DNA from: Pseudomonadota bacterium
GTDB taxonomy: Bacteria > Pseudomonadota > Alphaproteobacteria > Rhizobiales > Rhizobiaceae
Direction: 5' to 3'
Assembly: GCA_038745535.1 (NCBI GenBank)
Contig: JBCDLI010000007.1
Coordinates: forward strand, 1 to 32,000
Length of the DNA stretch: 32,000 nucleotides
The translations under genes and the position numbers were made by a program. Under the pieces are notes generated by a model. That model had not been told where the DNA came from, did no database searches, and saw only the letters and a list, made by a program, of their open reading frames with translations. The first letter of the stretch is position 1; each line of letters opens with the position of its first letter. Below, piece after piece: positions 25,199 through 32,000 of the stretch.

Positions 25199-26536
25199 AT
25201 GATTTCAACCGTCTTAAGAAATGCTGACGACCTCACAGCATTGCTGAGTTCGGCTGGTGTTATCGTTTTCCTCTCAACGCTGTGGGTGGAGAGCGATGCT
25301 TATCGCTATGTCGGCCTTTTGTTGGTGCTTTCCGCGCTCGCGATCTACCTGCGAAACATGCTGGGCGATCCCGCAAGACCACGAATTGGCTATGCCGGAA
25401 TTATCTGCTTGGCTTGGACGATTCTTGTGGCTTTCAAGGTATTGCTGGCGGCAGGGGAGACTGGCAGTTTCGATGTCGGATCAGCTGAAGGCATCTATTT
25501 GTTTGCTGCTTTGTATCCAACGCTTGGGCACAGTTTTGAAATGCTTCGCGTCGATTGGCAGCTCGTCTCAAAGAGCTTTATTATTTTCACGAGCGTAGCT
25601 CTGGCCGCCTCATTCGACACGGCATATTTTGACGCGCAGAACGCTATTCCGCCGTTGTTCTTCAACAACCCGATCCACGCGTCGTTTGCCTGTGCAGTGC
25701 TTTTGATCGCCCACATTCAGCTTTTTGTGACAGCGCCACGGGCAGCCCCGGCTTTCTTTGGTCGTGCCTGGGTGGGCAAAACCTTGATCGCCGTAAATAT
25801 TGCGTTGGCAGGGTTTTACATTTTGATGCTCAATTCAAAGGGCGTGTGGCTTGCGCTTGCGATCACGGTGTGTGCGACCTTGCCGATTTCTCTCATCGGC
25901 AGGAAAATCACCCCAGTGTTTGTAGCATCTGGCTTCGCATTGGTGGTCGTGGCGACCTCTGCGCTTCTTTTCTCACCCCGCGTCGAACGGGTTGCTGGCG
26001 AAACTGTCGCATCGGTTCAATCGTTTGTGGAGCAAGGCGTTTCTGGCGAAAGCGTCACCGACGCGATGCTTGAGACCGTTGATAACCCACAAACGCCGGA
26101 GAGCCTTAGGATACGCATGGAGATCATGTATGACGCAGTCCGCATTTGGCAGCGGGCCCCAATCCTCGGTCACGGCCCGTCGTGGGAAACCCTATGGGAG
26201 GACAGGCGCTTTCAGGAACATGACTTCAATCTTCTCCACAACGGTTATCTGGAGATCATGGTCCGTCACGGGCTTTTCGGCATTGGTTTCTATACCTTTA
26301 TACTGGGCTGGTCCCTTACGCAGATGATCAAGGCGGCACGCCACGGGCTTACGAGCCATACCGTCTGGAAAACCGCTGCGCTTCTTTTGGTGTTTTTCGC
26401 ATCAGCGCAGATGACCAACTCCTACACAAGGTTGGCAGCGGGGGAGAGCTTCATGTGGTTGTTTTCGGCTGTGGGCTTCTATTTCGCATACAAAATGCAA
26501 CAGGCTGGTATCATACGACCACGCACATTTATCTGA
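25199..26536 (+). CDS. O-antigen ligase / Wzy-like polytopic membrane protein
   Basis: There are at least 10 hydrophobic spans. A Wzy_C-like region has a periplasmic loop and the segment LLHNGYLEIMVRHGLFGIGFYTFIL. It lies next to the GT25 gene. Confidence 0.7.
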   Translation: MISTVLRNADDLTALLSSAGVIVFLSTLWVESDAYRYVGLLLVLSALAIYLRNMLGDPARPRIGYAGIICLAWTILVAFKVLLAAGETGSFDVGSAEGIYLFAALYPTLGHSFEMLRVDWQLVSKSFIIFTSVALAASFDTAYFDAQNAIPPLFFNNPIHASFACAVLLIAHIQLFVTAPRAAPAFFGRAWVGKTLIAVNIALAGFYILMLNSKGVWLALAITVCATLPISLIGRKITPVFVASGFALVVVATSALLFSPRVERVAGETVASVQSFVEQGVSGESVTDAMLETVDNPQTPESLRIRMEIMYDAVRIWQRAPILGHGPSWETLWEDRRFQEHDFNLLHNGYLEIMVRHGLFGIGFYTFILGWSLTQMIKAARHGLTSHTVWKTAALLLVFFASAQMTNSYTRLAAGESFMWLFSAVGFYFAYKMQQAGIIRPRTFI

Positions 26537-26585
26537 TGGGTGCACGGAACTTATTCCGTTATCCCGACAAGAAAGCCCCACAACT

Positions 26586-27293
26586 ATGCTGACGCAAACC
26601 GAGACAAGTAAGACCACAGAAGAATTCGCTCACATTCGCGAATGGGTGTTTGATCTCGATAATACGCTCTATCCTGCGCATACGAACCTGTTTTCGCAGA
26701 TCGACGTGAAGATGACGTCATACGTTTCGGAGCTTCTTCAGTTGCCGCGCGATGAAGCGCGCAAAGTGCAGAAAGACTATTATCGCGAATTTGGCACAAC
26801 GCTCGCGGGTCTCATCGAGCGTCATGATGTGAGCCCGGATGATTTTCTGGAGAAGGTTCACGACATCGACTACTCGTGGCTCGACCCCGATCCTGCTCTT
26901 GGCGATGCAATCAATGCGCTTCCCGGACGAAAATTCATCTTTACCAATGGTGATCGAGGACATGCAGAGCGCACAGCACGTCAGCTGGGTATTCTCGACC
27001 ATTTCGACGATATCTTCGATATTGTCGCCGCCGATCTAGTGCCAAAACCGGCAGGCGAGACCTACGACAAGTTCCGCGCTCTGCACCGGGTCGATTGCGA
27101 AAACGCGGTCATGTTTGAGGACCTGGCCCGAAATCTGAACGTGCCCAAGGCTCTGGGCATGAAGACCGTGCTTATTGTGCCTCGCAACTTCGAAGCAACG
27201 TTTTCAGAGCTTTGGGAGCGGGACGATATTGGTGGCGTCGTCGATCACATTACAGATGATTTGACGGGCTTTTTGCAAAATTTCGCTTCCTAA
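26586..27293 (+). CDS. HAD-superfamily pyrimidine 5'-nucleotidase
   Basis: HAD motif I is WVFDLDNTLY, motif II is IFTNG, and the KP...FEDL segment matches motifs III/IV. Confidence 0.85.
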   Translation: MLTQTETSKTTEEFAHIREWVFDLDNTLYPAHTNLFSQIDVKMTSYVSELLQLPRDEARKVQKDYYREFGTTLAGLIERHDVSPDDFLEKVHDIDYSWLDPDPALGDAINALPGRKFIFTNGDRGHAERTARQLGILDHFDDIFDIVAADLVPKPAGETYDKFRALHRVDCENAVMFEDLARNLNVPKALGMKTVLIVPRNFEATFSELWERDDIGGVVDHITDDLTGFLQNFAS

Positions 27294-27301
27294 CAACTGG
27301 C

Positions 27302-27763
27302 ATGGAACCGATCATCCTTTATCCATCGCGCTGGAAGCTCGTCGTACTTGTCGCGGTCTGTCTCGCATTCGTAGCGCTCAGCATCGGACTATTAATGGTC
27401 GGCCAAACGGAAATGGGCTGGCTCGGCGTTGGACTTTTTTCAGCTTGCGCGGTGGTGTTCACCGCACAGTTCCTACCGCGTTCAAACTACCTCATTGTTG
27501 ATGGCGAAGGTTTTGAATTTCGGACATGGCGGCAAGGCGGGCGGTACCATTGGTCCGCGGTCAGCGGCATTGCGTCGCGAAATATCAAAAGCAATCGGCT
27601 GGTGATTGTTGATCTGAAAGACGACGCAGGCGCTAGAGAGATAGCGCTACCGGATACCTACGGATTGAAGGCAAATGTGCTGGCCGAACTGCTCGGCAAA
27701 TATCTCGAAAATTGGCACCGAACGGCACGCACCGGCATGAAGCTGGATCAATCCAGATCGTAG
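27302..27763 (+). CDS. Hypothetical membrane protein (2 TM helices plus a small soluble domain)
   Basis: The ORF has two N-terminal hydrophobic helices. No family was recognised. Its 3' end overlaps the convergent LOG gene by 16 nt. Confidence 0.5.
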   Translation: MEPIILYPSRWKLVVLVAVCLAFVALSIGLLMVGQTEMGWLGVGLFSACAVVFTAQFLPRSNYLIVDGEGFEFRTWRQGGRYHWSAVSGIASRNIKSNRLVIVDLKDDAGAREIALPDTYGLKANVLAELLGKYLENWHRTARTGMKLDQSRS

Positions 27764-28593
27764 AAATTCGCGATTTCGCGCCATGCTTCTTGTGCGGTAT
27801 CCACAGTTACGAACAGGTCGGGATCATCAGGCGAGATCGTGCCCTGGGCGGCGAGGAAATCCAGATTGATAGCGTTTGCCCAGAAATCTTTGCCAAACAA
27901 AATGAACGGCACTGGCTCCATGCGTTTCGTCTGGATAAGTGTCAGCGCCTCGAACATCTCGTCCATGGTCCCAAAGCCCCCGGGGAAGACCGTGATGGCT
28001 TTCGCGCGCATCAAAAAATGCATCTTGCGGATAGCGAAATAGTGGAAGTTAAAACAAAGGTCTGGCGTAACGTAGGGATTCGGCGCTTGTTCGTGGGGAA
28101 GCACAATATTTAGCCCGATCGACGGCGCTCCAACATCTTCTGCCCCGCGGTTGCCCGCTTCCATTACGCCCGGGCCACCCCCAGTAACGACCACAAATTC
28201 GTGGCTGTCCGTTTTCTGTGAATGCTCGGAACATATGCGCGCAAATTCCCGTGCCTCAGCGTAAATCGTGGAAAGTTTTGTCAGGTTTTCACGTTGCGTC
28301 TCGTTCTTCGCGGCCCACGCATCTCCGCCCGGCTCAGGGATACGCGCGCCGCCAAACATCACGACTGTCGATTTGATGCCGTGCTCTTCCAGCAGCATTT
28401 CCGGTTTGAGCAGCTCAAGTTGTAAGCGCACCGGCCGCAGCTCATCGCGACACAGAAAATCATGATCATCAAAGGCAAGGCGATAGGCCGATGCGCGGGT
28501 TTGCACCGTATCCTCCACTTCTTTCGCGCGCGACCGATCGCGGCTGGACGGAACGAGCGGGTCCCACACATCTCTTGTTCTTTTTGCGCTCAT
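27748..28593 (-). CDS. LOG-family (TIGR00730-type) nucleotide 5'-monophosphate nucleosidase
   Basis: The motifs VVTGGGPGVMEAGNRGA and FPGGFGTMDEMFEALTLIQT (PGGxGTxxE) are present. Confidence 0.85.
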   Translation of the reverse strand: MSAKRTRDVWDPLVPSSRDRSRAKEVEDTVQTRASAYRLAFDDHDFLCRDELRPVRLQLELLKPEMLLEEHGIKSTVVMFGGARIPEPGGDAWAAKNETQRENLTKLSTIYAEAREFARICSEHSQKTDSHEFVVVTGGGPGVMEAGNRGAEDVGAPSIGLNIVLPHEQAPNPYVTPDLCFNFHYFAIRKMHFLMRAKAITVFPGGFGTMDEMFEALTLIQTKRMEPVPFILFGKDFWANAINLDFLAAQGTISPDDPDLFVTVDTAQEAWREIANFYDLD

Positions 28594-28705
28594 GTCGCCT
28601 TCTCCCGCTTTGTTTTTCTCGTCTGTGATTGACCTCTATGCCAAGCTTTGCCTATTGCACCGTTAATTCATCCCGACCCACTTCCCGCCACTTTGGAGAC
28701 TACCC

Positions 28706-29569
28706 ATGCCGACCACAGCGGACCTCGCTCAGCTTGAAAGCACGATTGAAAAGGCTTTTGACAACCGTGACGACATCTCGACCTCCACGACCGGCGAGGT
28801 TCGTGAAGCTGTCGTCGAAACGCTTAACGCGCTAGATAGCGGTGCGTTGCGCGTTGCCGAAAAATCAGCTGACAGCGAAGACTGGCATGTGAACCAGTGG
28901 GCAAAGAAGGCTGTGCTGCTGTCATTCCGCTTAAACGATATGGCACCGATCAAAGGCGGTCCGGGCGACGCTGGAACCTGGTGGGACAAAGTTCCATCGA
29001 AGTTTGAGGGCTGGGGCGATAATAAATGGCGGTCAGCAGGCTTTCGTGCGGTGCCAAACTGCGTCGTGCGTCACTCGGCATTCATCGGCAAAAACGTGGT
29101 CTTGATGCCATCATTTGTAAACCTCGGCGCTTATGTCGACGAGGGAACCATGGTGGACACGTGGGCGACCGTTGGCTCGTGCGCGCAGATTGGCAAGAAT
29201 GTGCACCTGTCGGGCGGCGTCGGTATTGGCGGGGTGCTGGAACCCATGCAGGCAGGTCCCACAATTATCGAAGACAATTGCTTCATCGGCGCACGATCAG
29301 AGGTGGTTGAGGGCTGCATTGTCCGCGAAGGATCCGTGCTCGGTATGGGCGTGTTCATTGGCAAATCAACAAAGATCGTGAACCGCGCGACCGGTGAAAT
29401 TTCCTACGGCGAAGTGCCGCCCTACTCGGTCGTTGTCGCAGGAACGATGCCGGGAAAGCCTCTGACAAACGGTGAGCCCGGTCCGAGCCTTTATTGCGCG
29501 GTTATCGTGAAGACTGTCGACGAGAGAACCCGCTCCAAGACCGGCATCAATGAACTGTTGAGAGACTGA
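28706..29569 (+). CDS. dapD: 2,3,4,5-tetrahydropyridine-2,6-dicarboxylate N-succinyltransferase
   Basis: Left-handed beta-helix hexapeptide repeats are present ([19 protein letters not shown]...[17 protein letters not shown]). The N-terminus is a typical DapD N-terminus. Confidence 0.95.
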   Translation: MPTTADLAQLESTIEKAFDNRDDISTSTTGEVREAVVETLNALDSGALRVAEKSADSEDWHVNQWAKKAVLLSFRLNDMAPIKGGPGDAGTWWDKVPSKFEGWGDNKWRSAGFRAVPNCVVRHSAFIGKNVVLMPSFVNLGAYVDEGTMVDTWATVGSCAQIGKNVHLSGGVGIGGVLEPMQAGPTIIEDNCFIGARSEVVEGCIVREGSVLGMGVFIGKSTKIVNRATGEISYGEVPPYSVVVAGTMPGKPLTNGEPGPSLYCAVIVKTVDERTRSKTGINELLRD

Positions 29570-29610
29570 CGATTACCCAACCGGTTCCACATCCGCTGAC
29601 GATCAAATGG

Positions 29611-29982
29611 GTGCTGTTCGGCTTTCAGGGCCGGATCTCACGCAAGTCATTTATGCTGGGGGCGGCAGGTGTGCTGCTGATCCAAGCGACACTCATCGCC
29701 TATTTTGCTTCAACCTTGGAAGCGGGTCCGGACAACAACTATGTGGGCGGCGGCGATGGCAAGTGGATCCTCGCGTCGCTTGCCATGATCGCCTTCGTTC
29801 CGCTGATGATTTGGTCGGCATTTGCGCTTGCAATCAAGCGATTGCATGATCTGGACCTACCTTGGCAACTGGCGATCCTGCTGGTGTTTCCGCCGATCTG
29901 CTATGTCACCTTTGTCTATTTAGCTATGAGACCAAGCAAACAGGTCACCAACCGACACGGCCCGCCACCATTCCCCGAATAG
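29611..29982 (+). CDS. DUF805 family inner-membrane protein
   Basis: The motifs GRISRKSF and AIKRLHDLD are present, with 3-4 TM helices. The start is non-ATG, so its position is uncertain. Confidence 0.75.
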   Translation: MLFGFQGRISRKSFMLGAAGVLLIQATLIAYFASTLEAGPDNNYVGGGDGKWILASLAMIAFVPLMIWSAFALAIKRLHDLDLPWQLAILLVFPPICYVTFVYLAMRPSKQVTNRHGPPPFPE

Positions 29983-30027
29983 TGGCCAGCTAACGCGGAA
30001 TTAAACTGAGCCTGCTACCACGCCTTT

Positions 30028-30738
30028 ATGCCGTATCGTACGCTCGACCGGGCCAAAATCGCCAAAACTGCTGAAAAGCTGGAACGCCGGATTGCCGACC
30101 GCTTTCCGCAATCGAGTCTGCGCAATGTGGCGCGGGAAACGTCAGAAATTGTTCGCGATCTTGGTCGGCACGCCGAAGAGCTTGCGCGACCACTTTGGTG
30201 GGTGCGTATCTTGCTTGGCGCATTCGTGATCGGTTGTATCTACCTTTTTTCGCAGGTGGGCACCCTGATCCAGATTTCCGGCATCAACGAAGACGCGTCA
30301 AACGTGATCCAAGGGCTGGAGGCCGCAATTAACACGATCGTTTTCGTGTGCGTTGGTATATATGGTCTGGCGACATTCGAACAGCGGATCAAACGGTCCC
30401 GAAGCTTAAAGAAGCTCCATGTATTGCGCTCGGTCATCCATATCATCGACATGCACCAGCTGACGAAAGACCCGGCCGTGCTTGCTTCAAACTACGAGGC
30501 AACGAAAAATTCACCCGAGCGCATGCTTACCCCTGCAGAACTTGCGCGGTACCTCGACTATTGCTCAGAACTCCTTTCGATCACCGGCAAGGTCGCCGCG
30601 CTTTATGCACAATCGGTTGATGACGATGTGGTTGTCGGCGCTGTGAACGATGTGGAGTCGCTCGGCACCAATCTCTCGCGAAAAATCTGGCAGAAGATCA
30701 TGCTGATTGAGGCGGAAGGCCGCCCGTTGTCAGCTTAG
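30028..30738 (+). CDS. Hypothetical membrane protein
   Basis: 236-aa ORF with two hydrophobic helices and protein-like composition. No family was recognised. Confidence 0.55.
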   Translation: MPYRTLDRAKIAKTAEKLERRIADRFPQSSLRNVARETSEIVRDLGRHAEELARPLWWVRILLGAFVIGCIYLFSQVGTLIQISGINEDASNVIQGLEAAINTIVFVCVGIYGLATFEQRIKRSRSLKKLHVLRSVIHIIDMHQLTKDPAVLASNYEATKNSPERMLTPAELARYLDYCSELLSITGKVAALYAQSVDDDVVVGAVNDVESLGTNLSRKIWQKIMLIEAEGRPLSA

Positions 30739-30774
30739 CGTGACAAAGGCGAACGGTTTCGATAAGCGCGCGCC

Positions 30775-31977
30775 ATGTCCACTTTGCCCATCGATCCCGT
30801 CGAAAATCTCACCAAACTGATCCAATGCGCGTCTGTGACGCCGGCAGATGCAGGCGCTCTGCAGACGCTTGAAAACATGCTCGCGCCGATGGATTTCACG
30901 CCGAGGCGCATCACGTTTTCTGACGACCACACGCCCGATATCGAAAATCTTTACGCCAAGCGTTCTGGCGACGGTCCTCATCTGATGTTTGCCGGCCATA
31001 CGGACGTTGTTCCCGTCGGCAATGAAGGTGATTGGAGCCACGCGCCTTTTTCCGCGGCGATCTACGATGGCGTTTTGTTCGGTCGCGGCGCGGTCGACAT
31101 GAAAGGCGGTATTGCCTGCTTTATCGCGGCGCTCGCGCGCGTTCTTAAAAAGCGCACATTGCCGGGAAGCGTTTCCCTGCTGATAACGGGCGACGAAGAA
31201 GGTCCCGCGATCAACGGCTCAGTGAAGCTGCTGGAATGGGCGAAGCAGCACGGCGAGCATTGGGATGGCTGCATCCTTGGTGAGCCGACAAATCCGAATG
31301 AGATGGGCGACATGATCAAGATCGGGCGGCGAGGCTCGCTTTCCGGACAGTTGATCGTGACCGGTGTGCAAGGCCATGCGGCCTATCCGCATCTGGCAGA
31401 CAATCCGGTTCGTGGCATGGTCGCGCTCAGCCAAGCGCTGCTCTTTCCTGCACTTGATGAAGGCACCGAGAACTTCGAACCGAGCAATCTGGAAATTACG
31501 AGCATCGATGTCGGTAATCCCGCGACAAACGTGATCCCGCAAGAAGCACGAGCGACGTTCAACATACGCTTCAACGATACGTGGGATGAGAATTCGCTGA
31601 AAGCAGAACTCACGCGTCGCCTCAACGAAGCCGCGAATGCAAATGACCTTCGACCGCATGCCAAGGGCGCAGTGAACTACCAAGTGGTATGGAAAGAGCC
31701 GGTGAGCCAAGTGTTCCTTACCCGCGATGACGCACTGATCGACACGCTTCAATCGGCGGTGAGAAGCGTGACCGGACGAACACCCGTTCTCGCAACCGGC
31801 GGCGGCACGTCGGACGCGCGGTTCATCAAAAATTACTGCCCAGTTGTGGAATTCGGTCTCGTCGGCAAGACAATGCACATGGTCGATGAACGCGTTGCAC
31901 TGGACGATTTGGAGACACTTACCCAAGTCTATCAAAGGTTCATTACAGACTGGTTCGACAAAGCCCAAGGAGCTTGA
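30775..31977 (+). CDS. dapE: Succinyl-diaminopimelate desuccinylase (M20 peptidase)
   Basis: The metal-binding motifs are FAGHTDVVP, GRGAVDMKG and ITGDEEG. The gene lies in the dapD neighbourhood. Confidence 0.95.
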   Translation: MSTLPIDPVENLTKLIQCASVTPADAGALQTLENMLAPMDFTPRRITFSDDHTPDIENLYAKRSGDGPHLMFAGHTDVVPVGNEGDWSHAPFSAAIYDGVLFGRGAVDMKGGIACFIAALARVLKKRTLPGSVSLLITGDEEGPAINGSVKLLEWAKQHGEHWDGCILGEPTNPNEMGDMIKIGRRGSLSGQLIVTGVQGHAAYPHLADNPVRGMVALSQALLFPALDEGTENFEPSNLEITSIDVGNPATNVIPQEARATFNIRFNDTWDENSLKAELTRRLNEAANANDLRPHAKGAVNYQVVWKEPVSQVFLTRDDALIDTLQSAVRSVTGRTPVLATGGGTSDARFIKNYCPVVEFGLVGKTMHMVDERVALDDLETLTQVYQRFITDWFDKAQGA

Positions 31978-32000
31978 GGTGACCCTCACCGAATACGCGA

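Noticed and set aside
31219-31989. 256-aa minus-strand ORF
   Set aside because: It is antisense to dapE, which has the complete M20 metal-binding motif set.
1-32000. CRISPR arrays, rRNA genes, IS elements/transposases, retron or reverse-transcriptase genes
   Set aside because: I looked for regularly spaced repeats, terminal inverted repeats with transposase ORFs, and RT motifs (YxDD). None was found on either strand.

Overview
The window has two parts. Calls rest on motif recognition in the supplied ORF translations and manual reading of the DNA; no database search or numeric computation was possible.

(A) ~1-15497 is accessory DNA that looks like the right-hand part of an integrative mobilizable element (IME). 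It abuts the 3' end of a tRNA-Arg(ACG) gene (15498-15574, minus strand). It carries:
- a MobC/relaxase pair and a separate TraG/VirD4-type coupling protein, with no mating-pore genes in the window
- a large serine recombinase whose ORF runs into the tRNA
- three small ORFs of unknown function
- a MarR/YdeI/SRPBCC/MFS cargo block
- an unknown 270-aa protein paired with a minimal LMW-PTP-like phosphatase
- a tightly coupled four-gene minus-strand operon: RHH protein, 58-aa ORF, class-2 OLD-family ATPase/TOPRIM nuclease and UvrD-like helicase

The last two genes of that operon form a Gabija-like (GajA/GajB-type) defence core. The two coupled upstream genes and the ~590-bp non-coding leader with three TTGTA-N-TACAA palindromes are not part of the canonical description, and this is my top candidate for something new.

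(B) 15575-32000 is ordinary alphaproteobacterial core. It encodes a sensor histidine kinase, an FAD disulfide oxidoreductase with a DedA/TVP38 protein, rpmH-rnpA-yidC-yihA, msrB, argB, a GT25 glycosyltransferase, an O-antigen-ligase-like protein, a HAD pyrimidine nucleotidase, a LOG-family protein, dapD, a DUF805 protein and dapE.

No CRISPR array, rRNA or transposase was seen.
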